Virus record (IMG/VR): IMGVR_UViG_3300032053_000151
From: a virus
DNA length: 45,231 bases
Strand: one strand, 5' to 3'
Both the position numbers and the translations under genes were made by a program. The notes under the pieces are model-generated. The model was not told the DNA's origin and did not search any database. It worked only from the letters and a program-made list of their open reading frames with translations. Shown here one piece after another: positions 6,710 through 14,944 of this stretch; positions within the stretch are counted from its first letter, which is position 1; each line of letters opens with the position of its first letter.

Positions 6710-7229
6710 GGTTCTCCAACTGAAAGAGTACTTCTTCTTCGAAGGTGTCCCCGGCGTGCTGAAGGGATTCCTTCACTTCTTCGGAGAACGATCTAAATGT
6801 CTCAAACAGTTCGAAGCTCTTGGGGTCCTCAGGCAGAAAGGACGAAGCTTGGAACGGACATTTGGCATCGATGTGTTTGTCGAAGGGGAGCTCGCAGTGA
6901 TGGCAGCGACGCTCAACCTCTTCGAATTTTTCTTCCAGCTCTGAGACCTTCATCTGGAAGACCAACCAGCCACCTGAGCGGCCGTCACTCCAAAGGTCCC
7001 CGAGCCCAAGCTCTCGAGACCTCTCCTGCATGGACGCCCACCAGCTATCTTTGAGCGCCTCTTCAGCGAACCGGACCACGTTGTCCCTGGTCGCGCCGTC
7101 CAACTGCTTCAGCTTGACCAGCGTCTCGTTGGAGAGCTTTGGATCCCCGCGGTACTTCACGTTGATTGCGACGTTCCCTCGGTATCGATCAAGGAAGTCG
7201 GCTTTGTTTCCGCACATCGATAGGGCCAC
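6615..7229 (-). CDS. Hypothetical acidic protein of about 200 aa with a CHHC...C cluster. The start is either GTG at 7229 or ATG at 7217.
   Basis: Open frame with GC3 bias. Confidence 0.45.
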   Translation of the reverse strand: MALSMCGNKADFLDRYRGNVAINVKYRGDPKLSNETLVKLKQLDGATRDNVVRFAEEALKDSWWASMQERSRELGLGDLWSDGRSGGWLVFQMKVSELEEKFEEVERRCHHCELPFDKHIDAKCPFQASSFLPEDPKSFELFETFRSFSEEVKESLQHAGDTFEEEVLFQLENLDDYTAGLPATGGSETNPAVFQEDADEEAGA

Positions 7230-7512
7230 CGATGCCTCCTCTTTTGTGGTTGACCGTGGCTACCACGGGGTCGGTTGTAGGGCTACTGTAGAGCCGCGAC
7301 ATGCAGGTGTTCAATACGACCTGGTACCCGCTAGCGAAGGCAAGAGCCTTGTCGCTCATCTCCACCGCCTTTTCTGCGAGCAGTCTGTAGCCTTCTCTCT
7401 CCTCGGAGATCCGAAGAAGCTTCTGCTCATACTTGTAGCTCGCTCCAGCTGCCCCGACGCCGAAAGACACGGTCATCAGACAGAGAACGATGAATGGGCG
7501 TAGCAGTGCCAT
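7189..7512 (-). CDS. Small secreted protein of 107 aa with an N-terminal signal peptide (MALLRPFIVLCLMTVSFGVGAAGA).
   Basis: AAGGAGAG ribosome-binding site 7 nt upstream of the ATG at 7512. The longer upstream extension of this ORF is rejected. Confidence 0.6.
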   Translation of the reverse strand: MALLRPFIVLCLMTVSFGVGAAGASYKYEQKLLRISEEREGYRLLAEKAVEMSDKALAFASGYQVVLNTCMSRLYSSPTTDPVVATVNHKRGGIGGPIDVRKQSRLP

Positions 7513-7628
7513 CAGGGTCTCTCCTTGGTGAAACGTGGGTCTTACGCTATTTGGGAAGCAGTTGGTAGCCGGTATCAAGATGCAGACCGTGGCGCGTCAT
7601 GATCTTGTACCATTTTTTTACACTTGCT

Positions 7629-7928
7629 TTAGAAGCTATGATCGTCAGACTTTCGATCACGACGTCGGTCGCGCTTACCGCCTTTGTCACGTCGAGGCGC
7701 TTCTGACTCTCCGCCGCCGACCCACTGGGTACGCCCTCGAGGAGGGGCCACGAGAGTCGGACCCGGCGCTACCCCGGTGTCGCTGGCCTTGGCGTCACGC
7801 CGCTTCTGGCGGCAGGCCTTGCACCGTTTGGGCTTGGTCAGCCCCTTGGACGCGAAGAAGGTGGCCTCGCTCTCCGTAAAGGGGAATTCCGAACGACAGT
7901 CCGCGCATACGATCACTTCGTCTGACAT
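7629..7928 (-). CDS. Zinc-ribbon protein (zf-trcl-like, CADC...CKAC) with an Arg/Lys-rich C-terminus.
   Basis: The motif VCADCRSEFPFTESEATFFASKGLTKPKRCKACRQKRR matches the probable zinc-ribbon family pattern C.dC...F.f...E..f...KGf..PkRC..CR. Confidence 0.5.
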   Translation of the reverse strand: MSDEVIVCADCRSEFPFTESEATFFASKGLTKPKRCKACRQKRRDAKASDTGVAPGPTLVAPPRGRTQWVGGGESEAPRRDKGGKRDRRRDRKSDDHSF

Positions 7929-7935
7929 GGGGTCT

Positions 7936-8376
7936 TTACCGGTGGTGTGCTACGCGCGCTTCAAGCGCTTCCTTCGCGTCCGTGGACACCCCCGTGAGGG
8001 GGTCAACCGTGATGAGGCGGTCCACGTGACCATGTTGCGCCAACCAGGAGACTTCATGGGGGATCAGTTCTGACTCCACCCAGTAGAAGTCTTTGTGCGG
8101 TGCGAGCGCTTCCACCTTGGAATCCACGAACCCAGCGATATGGACTTTGTCCGCGGGGAGGGACAACAGGTTCGCTACATAGACCGCGGGACCGGCCCCA
8201 CGATCAGACAACCAGCGCACGTCGAAATGTTGAGCCGCCCAATGCAGGAAAGACTTGGCGTAGGGCGCAACGGCGGCGCCCAGGTACTCGTCCCTGTCAT
8301 GTGAACTGGTGGCAGGAATTAGAACGGGCCCATCGAGACCAATGAACAACTTCGGTTTTGATGGGCCCGTCGTCAT
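7936..8376 (-). CDS. HAD-like hydrolase, a possible nucleotidase or phosphatase.
   Basis: N-terminal LFIGLDGPVL resembles HAD motif I (hhhDxDG). Assignment is weak. Confidence 0.35.
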   Translation of the reverse strand: MTTGPSKPKLFIGLDGPVLIPATSSHDRDEYLGAAVAPYAKSFLHWAAQHFDVRWLSDRGAGPAVYVANLLSLPADKVHIAGFVDSKVEALAPHKDFYWVESELIPHEVSWLAQHGHVDRLITVDPLTGVSTDAKEALEARVAHHR

Positions 8377-8385
8377 GGCGTTTTC

Positions 8386-9108
8386 TTACGGCTTCGGAGG
8401 CTCAACAGGGGGAATGACCGGGGGCGGAGGAACGATGGACACCGCGGGAGCCACGACTGCGGCCTTGGCAGCCCTCTCAGCCTCTGCCGCTGCGTTTCGC
8501 GCATCCCACCACTCCATCACGTCGTCCTTGAGCTCAACGAGAGCTGTACCGCCAGTCGAAGCCAAGATTGCGACCTTCCACGCAGCTGCGTCCACCGGCA
8601 TGCCAGCGATGGCCGCGGTAGAGAGACAGCCGCCAACCGCGGACATCCAGTTGAGCGCCCAGCCACCGATCTTTGTGTCGAAGACGAAGCGAAGAAAAGC
8701 TTCAATGGGCTTGAGCAAAACGTGCTTGGTGTCGTCGGGGATCATCGCATGGATCCGCTTGCCAATGAGGCGCATGAACCCCACGAAGAAGAACAACATG
8801 AACATCGCGGCGAGCCAGCCATTGCCCGTCTTGACCGCTTTGACGAAACCCTTCGCCGAGGTGAGAGGCTCATCCAACGAGGGAACGATGACTGCGGCGC
8901 CAGCGTCCGCGGCCCCGACGCTACCGGTCACTGCGATGGCCGCCATCTCCACAACCACAGTTCCAGCGTCGATCTTGACAGACGCTCCTGCGTCTTCCGG
9001 AACCGCCGACAACACGGTTCCGTCGAGATTCATGTTGAGCTCGCCCGCGTACTCAGCGAACGCAACAGGTGAAAGCAGAAGTAGACCGAAGAGAATGAAC
9101 TTGTTCAT
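8386..9108 (-). CDS. Secreted or membrane protein of 240 aa. It has a signal peptide (MNKFILFGLLLLSPVAFA), internal transmembrane segments and a Pro-rich C-terminus (PPPPVIPPVEPPKP).
   Basis: GGAGGA ribosome-binding site 9 nt upstream of the ATG at 9108. Confidence 0.55.
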   Translation of the reverse strand: MNKFILFGLLLLSPVAFAEYAGELNMNLDGTVLSAVPEDAGASVKIDAGTVVVEMAAIAVTGSVGAADAGAAVIVPSLDEPLTSAKGFVKAVKTGNGWLAAMFMLFFFVGFMRLIGKRIHAMIPDDTKHVLLKPIEAFLRFVFDTKIGGWALNWMSAVGGCLSTAAIAGMPVDAAAWKVAILASTGGTALVELKDDVMEWWDARNAAAEAERAAKAAVVAPAVSIVPPPPVIPPVEPPKP

Positions 9109-9141
9109 GTGATGTTCCTCCGTGAGGCCGGGCACACTACT

Positions 9142-9480
9142 TCACCCAGGGACTGATGTACCAGTGTCCGTTTCGCGGACGTATTCTAGGTCATCACCCT
9201 TCGCTTCACGAAGTTTCACAGGCCCGTCGAGAATTTCAGCCGCGATCTCTTTCAACTGGTTGGGGGAGAACACCAGGCTCCCCCGCAGGAGAACTACGGG
9301 GGCGTAGCCTCCAGGTACCGATTCAAAACGGTACTTGGCCAGAACGCCGCATTGGAGGATAGCTGGGGCTGAGAGGTCATGGTACTTCTCCCCTCGCGCC
9401 TCAGCATCTCGCTGAAAACGTAGAAGCCGTTTACCCATGAGTTGGAGGAACGCCTTCTCTGGGTAAGTGACCAAGCTCAC
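9142..9480 (-). CDS. Hypothetical protein, 112 aa.
   Basis: ATGA coupling with the upstream gene. Confidence 0.45.
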   Translation of the reverse strand: MSLVTYPEKAFLQLMGKRLLRFQRDAEARGEKYHDLSAPAILQCGVLAKYRFESVPGGYAPVVLLRGSLVFSPNQLKEIAAEILDGPVKLREAKGDDLEYVRETDTGTSVPG

Positions 9481-9845
9481 TTCTTTCTCCTCGGAACGTT
9501 CGCGTCGTAGTAGTCCGCTGCCATCTTGGAGATCGCGTCGAACGCCTCCGGATCTGGGGTCTTCCCATCCTCTCCTGGGTACGACTCCCGAAGGTTGATG
9601 CAGTAGAGCGCGGCGGCGAAGGCCCGGTGTTGCTTGGTGAGCCCACGCTCCTTGAGGAGGGGCATGTCGAACTTGACCAGCAGCTCTGTGATCTCCGCCG
9701 CTTCCTCGATGAACTGACGCTCCCGAGCTGCCTCCTGTTTCTTGGCGTCTGCGGCAGCGCTACCGGGGAGCACTTCGCCTTCGATCTCAGTCCAGCCTCC
9801 CTTACCATCAGGGATCTTCGTTTTCCTCGTGACCGGCTGACTCAT
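9477..9845 (-). CDS. Hypothetical protein, 122 aa.
   Basis: ATGA coupling on both sides. Confidence 0.45.
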   Translation of the reverse strand: MSQPVTRKTKIPDGKGGWTEIEGEVLPGSAAADAKKQEAARERQFIEEAAEITELLVKFDMPLLKERGLTKQHRAFAAALYCINLRESYPGEDGKTPDPEAFDAISKMAADYYDANVPRRKK

Positions 9846-10081
9846 TTGGGGGACACCTTCACGCAGTGGGCCACAACCCCGTGCCCCTCCACGATCTCAG
9901 GCTTGGCGGGGACATCAGGGCGGTCCATGCGACGAACGCCAGGGGGAAAGACGGGACCACCGAGCTCCTCGTGCATCGGGTAGATCGACTTGATAGCGCA
10001 CCACCCGTGCTGCGGGTTGTTGCTCTGGCCGCTCTTGATGACATCGTAGTGGCGGCAGTCCTTGCATTTCACTTTGTTCAT
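9842..10081 (-). CDS. Small Cys-rich protein of 79 aa (CKDC...HGWC...HC).
   Basis: Open frame, coupled to its neighbours. Confidence 0.45.
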   Translation of the reverse strand: MNKVKCKDCRHYDVIKSGQSNNPQHGWCAIKSIYPMHEELGGPVFPPGVRRMDRPDVPAKPEIVEGHGVVAHCVKVSPK

Positions 10082-10090
10082 GGGCTTCTC

Positions 10091-10576
10091 CTATTTGAGG
10101 TACGGGCGAACTTTCAACGCGAGCAGCATGTCACGCACATCGGGAAACTGTTGAGAGACTTCACGCAGCGCCAGCGACAGGGTATCAATGGCGCGGGGAA
10201 CCAACCTCTCCGCGTCCTCCACGGGAACGGCGATAGTCATCTTCTTGTCCCCGGCTGTTAGCACAATCGGGTTCGGTTGTTTAGGAGTTCCGACATAGAC
10301 CCCCCAGCTGTGGAGCACCTTAGCAATTCCTTCCCGAGCGCTGATCCGATGCACCACATCAATGAGGGTGGCTCTTGCGAGGGAACTGTCTTCAGCGTCC
10401 TTCTCGAGAACCCAAACGTAGATCCCAGCGCGAAGACCATTGAACTGAATGCAGTGGAGATCTGAAGGCGCGCTCTCCAACGGCGTCTCAGACGGAGTCT
10501 TTCTCGCAGGAGTGTGGTCCACCTCCGGGGTGGCTGACTGCCTCCAAGGATCAAAAATTCCAGCTCGCTTGTTCAT
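10091..10576 (-). CDS. Hypothetical protein of about 161 aa. The start is placed at the internal ATG 10574-76, which forms an ATGA junction with the upstream stop.
   Basis: The ATGA overlap with the 10573..10803 gene supports the internal start. Confidence 0.45.
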   Translation of the reverse strand: MNKRAGIFDPWRQSATPEVDHTPARKTPSETPLESAPSDLHCIQFNGLRAGIYVWVLEKDAEDSSLARATLIDVVHRISAREGIAKVLHSWGVYVGTPKQPNPIVLTAGDKKMTIAVPVEDAERLVPRAIDTLSLALREVSQQFPDVRDMLLALKVRPYLK

Positions 10577-10803
10577 GTGGAGGAGCCTAGAATAATTGCG
10601 CCATCGAGACTGGTGTCGGCGCAATTAGAGTGCTGCACTTCGAACTCCCCGGAAAACCAGGAGCCGACCTCACGGGGGTTGCTCGGATTCGGTCCGATCT
10701 TTTCGATGATGTTGACGATGATGACGCGGTCACCGCGTTCGAACTTCCGGCGGCACTTGATACAAGTGCTCCCATCCGTCCGAGGGTACGTTGTTCGTGA
10801 CAT
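10573..10803 (-). CDS. Hypothetical 76-aa protein with a CIKC...C motif.
   Basis: Coupled open frame. Confidence 0.4.
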   Translation of the reverse strand: MSRTTYPRTDGSTCIKCRRKFERGDRVIIVNIIEKIGPNPSNPREVGSWFSGEFEVQHSNCADTSLDGAIILGSST

Positions 10804-10809
10804 GGTGTC

Positions 10810-11370
10810 CTATTCCTGTGCAGCGCGATGGCGACAAAGAGCCCCCGCTGCAGCGATGTGCCAATCTTTCTTGGCGTTGGTAATCTGCTTTAGGGTAGCC
10901 GGGAGATCAGTCAAAGGTTTCTTGGTTGGAAGAAGAACGCAGGTCTCAGCCAGACTGGGCAGCGTCTTCTGACGGCAGACCCACCGCTCGACCGCGCGAA
11001 TGATGGCGAGCTCCAACGCTGCTTCTGGGGGGCACAGAGGATGGGCGGTGACAAGCGCCCAGCTCACAGCGGTACTGCGAATGTGCTCATTCAAAGCGGG
11101 GCTCAACGACGCAGGAACCTTGTCCCCGCGCCGATAGAGAAATGCGGTTCGACTTCGCCCGTGTAAGGTGTAGACGAACTCCGGCTCTTCGACGGACGCT
11201 GCATAGACAACAGCCGCGGCGATCAACTTCTTTCCCCGAAACAGATTAGCGGCTACCAGGTAGCGGACGTTGTCCATTCGGCCTCCGTTTGGGGATGAGT
11301 ACTTTCTTACCGCAGCCTGCACAAGCCACCCTCTGTCCGGGCGTTCCAACGCTGCGGCGTCCGCAGGCAC
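10810..11370 (-). CDS. Hypothetical protein, 186 aa.
   Basis: Open frame with GC3 bias. Confidence 0.45.
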   Translation of the reverse strand: MPADAAALERPDRGWLVQAAVRKYSSPNGGRMDNVRYLVAANLFRGKKLIAAAVVYAASVEEPEFVYTLHGRSRTAFLYRRGDKVPASLSPALNEHIRSTAVSWALVTAHPLCPPEAALELAIIRAVERWVCRQKTLPSLAETCVLLPTKKPLTDLPATLKQITNAKKDWHIAAAGALCRHRAAQE

Positions 11371-11403
11371 AGATGACGACTCTTGTGCCCGCGGGACGCG
11401 GCA

Positions 11404-11646
11404 TCACAGCACTCCGTCCAGGAACTCCGAAACACTTTGGCGGTAGAACGACGCCAGGCTACAAAGATGGTCGACGTTGAGGAGGGACCTTCCCCCCTCG
11501 AGGGCGGTGTACTGACTCCTCGAGAGGTTCAGGCCCTTCGCAACGTCGTCTTGCGTTTTGCAGTGCTCAGCGCGCATCGCTCGGAGGTACTCCAGCAGCC
11601 GTCGTTGGTGCTCCGGGTGTTGAACTACTTTTCTTCGTGGCTGCAT
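11404..11646 (-). CDS. XRE/Cro-type helix-turn-helix DNA-binding protein of about 80 aa.
   Basis: HTH_3 signature LRAMRAEHCKTQDDVAKGLNLSRSQYTALEGG. The start overlaps the 3' end of the helicase gene. Confidence 0.6.
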   Translation of the reverse strand: MQPRRKVVQHPEHQRRLLEYLRAMRAEHCKTQDDVAKGLNLSRSQYTALEGGRSLLNVDHLCSLASFYRQSVSEFLDGVL

Positions 11647-13840
11647 GTCGTTCGTTCCATTGGGCGAAGACGCGTTGAATGACCTCGAAGTCGAAGACGT
11701 GGTTGTTGAACCCTGTAGCGTCTGCGGCCAACTTCCCGTACCCGCGGTAAGACGTCTGCGTCGGGGACGGCTTGTCCTTCGAGTTGCCGGTGAACATCCG
11801 GCTGTCGAGGATGGCAAGAACCCCCTTGTCCGTACCGGCTCGAATCAAACGCCCCGCCCCTTGGCGAAGCTCCGTGAGCATGTGGGGGATCTGGAGTCTT
11901 GCGAACACAGAACTCTGCGCTGTGGTCACCGAGACACCTTGGGCTACTTGCTCCGCTACAAGCTGTCGAGATCTCGCTTGCAGCACGGGGTCAGTGAGCG
12001 GCGGGAAAGGAAGCTTGGTGATGATGACCAGCTGCAGCTTCTGGCCTTGAACGTCTACGCCTTCCCAGAACGACTTCACCCCCATGAGCACGCTGTTTGG
12101 CGTGGCCATGAAGGTGCGCAGCGTGGTGGCCGCGTCGTCTTCCTGGATGATGAGAGGCTGCGCGAGGTCCTCCTCAAGCAACCCAGCGTGTACGTCGGTC
12201 AGGTCCTGCTTGGAGGTGAACAGGATGAACGCATTCCCATTCGACGCTTTGATGAGACGAGCGCACTCGTTAGTCAGGGCTGAGATGTACTTAACCCGAT
12301 CTGGGGCTGTTGCGCCCACAGGAGCGGGGATGTGGCGCGGCGTGTAGAGAAGCGCCTGCTTGTCGTAGTTGAACGGTGTTCCCAGCACGAGCTCGTGGAT
12401 CTGCTTCGGGACTTGGGGTGCGCCGTTCTCATCGTTGTAGCTCGCCCAGTTGAGGCCCAGCTGGTACTTGGCGTCTTCGAACTTTCCACCGATGGCCATG
12501 GTAGCGCTGGTGATGATGACCGAAGGAATCATCTGAAGTTTCGGCCCCACCAGCTTTCCAACGGAGATGGGAGCGAGGGTCAGCTTCTTCATCCCCTTCT
12601 CGTTGGTGTTCACGTAGAGCACGGTATTGTCACCCGGCTCTACGGCCCGCAGAAGCGTCTGGTTCGTACGTTCCAGGTTCTTCTTCAAGGCGAGTACGGC
12701 CATCAGCCGGGTCTTGTCGTTCTCATCCTTGACGTGCCCAATGTCGAAATCCGGCTTGCTCGACCACCCCAGAGCCTCCGCTTCATCCGCGGCGGACTTG
12801 AACAGTTCACCAACGATCTCATTGGTTTCGTGTCCTGGGGTGCCAAAGGGGTCCTTCGGAATCTCCCCTTCAGAGCTCGCAAGCTGGTCGAACATGCCCT
12901 TCCAAGCATCTCGAAGAGCGACGTCCATCCCACCACCGATGCCCGCCGAGTCGATTTGGCGGAGCAATCGAGAAGCGCCTCCTTGAGAAATGGCGTTGGA
13001 GAAGGCGGCACGAAAAGAAGACGGAGCCTGGTGAGCCTCATCCAGGATCAGCGTCGTGTAGGGCCCGATGACTGCGCAGGGGCCGAACCGAAGGTCGAAG
13101 GCAACGACGTGGTGATTGGTGACGACGATGCTCGCCAGTGATGCGTTCAGCTTCGCGTTCCAGAAGCCGCACTTTCCCTCGCGCGCGTACTTACAGCTCT
13201 TCCCAATGCAGTCCTCCGCGGTCACATCGAAGAGGTAGGAAGGACGCTTCCCTGCGAAGTCGGACAGGTCTTCGCCGGGGTTGTTGGCGATCCACGCCAT
13301 GAACTCTGCGCGCTCTCGCGCCTCGAGGGTAGTGTCGGCCTTGAGGCGACAGGCGTAGTTGCTCTTTCCCTTGAGCAGGGCAACCGCAATGCGCCCAGCG
13401 CCTTCTCCATGGCGAGCGCGCAGGAATGGGAGGTCCTTCTCGGCGATCTGGTGCTGCAGATTCTTCTTGGCCGTAGAGATGACGATGCGGGGCTTCAGGA
13501 CCTTGAGCTCGGCCACTTTACTGGGTAACGTCCCCTTGTAGTTCTTCAAGTGGTACCCTGAATCTGGGGACGCAGTGATGACCGCCGGTACGCCATACGC
13601 ATCCGACTTGCCGGAACCGACCGGGGCTTCGATGAAAGCAACGGCGTGTTCCCGAATGGCCTTCTCGACCAATCGCCCCATCTGAACCTGGCCTACGCGA
13701 ACGTCGCGCCCAGGTGCTCCGTGTTGACGCAAAAGAAAATCGTCTGAATCGAAGATCAGCCCCTTACCGCAGGCGTTGCACTGCTTGCTCGAAGGAGCAT
13801 CGCTGACAGTCACACTGAAGCCACATCCGTTGCAGCGCAT
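11567..13840 (-). CDS. DinG/XPD (Rad3)-family ATP-dependent 5'-3' DNA helicase of 757 aa, with an N-terminal zinc ribbon and an Fe-S cluster domain.
   Basis: Walker A motif GSGKSDAY. DEAH box LILDEAHQ. Fe-S cysteines YACRLK...DCIGKSCKYAREGKCGFW. N-terminal CNGCG...CNACG. AAGGAAA ribosome-binding site. Confidence 0.75.
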   Translation of the reverse strand: MRCNGCGFSVTVSDAPSSKQCNACGKGLIFDSDDFLLRQHGAPGRDVRVGQVQMGRLVEKAIREHAVAFIEAPVGSGKSDAYGVPAVITASPDSGYHLKNYKGTLPSKVAELKVLKPRIVISTAKKNLQHQIAEKDLPFLRARHGEGAGRIAVALLKGKSNYACRLKADTTLEARERAEFMAWIANNPGEDLSDFAGKRPSYLFDVTAEDCIGKSCKYAREGKCGFWNAKLNASLASIVVTNHHVVAFDLRFGPCAVIGPYTTLILDEAHQAPSSFRAAFSNAISQGGASRLLRQIDSAGIGGGMDVALRDAWKGMFDQLASSEGEIPKDPFGTPGHETNEIVGELFKSAADEAEALGWSSKPDFDIGHVKDENDKTRLMAVLALKKNLERTNQTLLRAVEPGDNTVLYVNTNEKGMKKLTLAPISVGKLVGPKLQMIPSVIITSATMAIGGKFEDAKYQLGLNWASYNDENGAPQVPKQIHELVLGTPFNYDKQALLYTPRHIPAPVGATAPDRVKYISALTNECARLIKASNGNAFILFTSKQDLTDVHAGLLEEDLAQPLIIQEDDAATTLRTFMATPNSVLMGVKSFWEGVDVQGQKLQLVIITKLPFPPLTDPVLQARSRQLVAEQVAQGVSVTTAQSSVFARLQIPHMLTELRQGAGRLIRAGTDKGVLAILDSRMFTGNSKDKPSPTQTSYRGYGKLAADATGFNNHVFDFEVIQRVFAQWNERHAATKKSSSTPGAPTTAAGVPPSDAR

Positions 13841-13852
13841 TGCTGTTTCCTT

Positions 13853-13876
13853 TCCGCGAGGTCCGCGGTATACCGC
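13853..13876. promoter_or_regulatory. Compound palindrome in the divergent control region. It combines CCGCGAGGTCCGCGG with a perfect 12-bp palindrome GCGGTATACCGC (13865-13876). It lies 13-36 nt upstream of the helicase start and is a candidate operator.
   Basis: Read directly. It sits between the divergent starts at 13840 and 13947. Confidence 0.45.
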
Positions 13877-13946
13877 ACAAGGTTTATCTGGGCAACATTA
13901 GGTTTCCCTCCTTGTACCAAGAAGTCTTCCCCCTTTAGGAGCTTGC

Positions 13947-14546
13947 ATGGCACGACCGACCATTGGTGACTTCCGCGGCGCAGATCAGAACAAGCCCCGC
14001 CCGCCCCCACCACAAGAGCCTGAGGAGAAAGAGGAGTCATCGAAGGCCGAGGAAGTGAAGGCCGCGGACGCCCCCGCAGAAACGGCGGCGCCCCTCCCGG
14101 ACCTCGACTTCTTGACCCCCGCGGAGAAGTACCGCGAGCGCCTCAAGTCGATGAAGATCGACATCAAAGAGGCTGAGGGGATCTACGACGCAGTGCTCTC
14201 AAAGGGGTACTACGAGGAGTACGTGCGTCTTCGCGGGAATCGCAGGGCGGTGTTCCGCACGAGGGCCTACGAGGATCACCTGCGCCTTCAGACCATTCTC
14301 GAGATGCAGAAGCCACAGCTGGCGATCAGCCAGGACGAGCTCATCACACGCTACAACCTCGCGGCGTCGCTCTTCGAGTGGGACGGCAAGCCGCTGAAGC
14401 ATGACACGGACGAAGACTTCGACGCCCTGCTTATGCTTCTTCGAAAGCTCCCCGGGCCCCTCTTCTCCGTGCTTGCTCGAGAGCTCTCGAAGTTCGACAC
14501 CAAGGTCATGGCGGTGTTCGACGAGGGCGCTGACGAAAATTTCTAG
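13947..14546 (+). CDS. Tail assembly chaperone (gpG-like), 199 aa, with an acidic C-terminus (DEGADENF).
   Basis: TAGGAG ribosome-binding site. It sits immediately upstream of the tape-measure gene. The slippery heptamer lies 4 nt before its stop. Confidence 0.6.
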   Translation: MARPTIGDFRGADQNKPRPPPPQEPEEKEESSKAEEVKAADAPAETAAPLPDLDFLTPAEKYRERLKSMKIDIKEAEGIYDAVLSKGYYEEYVRLRGNRRAVFRTRAYEDHLRLQTILEMQKPQLAISQDELITRYNLAASLFEWDGKPLKHDTDEDFDALLMLLRKLPGPLFSVLARELSKFDTKVMAVFDEGADENF

Positions 14547-14941
14547 CTGCCCCGCGGAGCAATGCGCGGGCGTACGCCTTCGCCCGAGGAGTCGCCTTGC
14601 CTCCGCGGGGCTCCGCCCAGGACCTGCTTCTAGAAAAGATTCAAGAGCGAGAACGCACCGAGCGCTTCACCTTGGTGGCCCTTTTTGCGAGAATCCTGGG
14701 CGGAGGCCTCGGGATGCGTAGCGACACACTTGAGGCTATGCTAAACGCCTACAAGGACGAGCTTACCCAGACCAGCTACTCCCCAGGATACGCGGCCTAC
14801 CAACGCCAACGCAAGAAGGCAGTGCTTCAGCAGAAGACCAAAAACAAACTGAGTGACGACGCCCTGTTGAGAAAGCTGGAGGGGTTGACTGCTCCAGAAG
14901 AAATGCCCCCTCCCAAAAAGGCGGGTGCGAGGAGACGGTAA
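13947..14941 (+). CDS. Tail assembly chaperone G-T fusion produced by a -1 programmed ribosomal frameshift at 14537-14543. Predicted length is about 330 aa.
   Basis: The -1 frame is open from 14534 to the stop at 14939-41. This is the conserved G/GT arrangement upstream of a tape-measure gene. Confidence 0.55.
14537..14611 (+). promoter_or_regulatory. -1 programmed ribosomal frameshift signal. The slippery heptamer A_AAT_TTC (14537-14543) is followed by a 5-nt spacer and an 11-bp stem at 14549-14559 / 14601-14611, with a structured 41-nt loop containing the palindrome GGCGTACGCC.
   Basis: The heptamer fits X_XXY_YYZ in the zero frame of the gpG gene. The stem is GCCCCGCGGAG / CTCCGCGGGGC. 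Confidence 0.6.
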
Positions 14942-14944
14942 TCC

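Noticed and set aside
8309-9112. 267-aa plus-strand ORF rich in Ala/Thr/Gly
   Set aside because: It is antisense to the well-supported secreted-protein gene 8386..9108, which has a signal peptide and a ribosome-binding site. It is a shadow frame.
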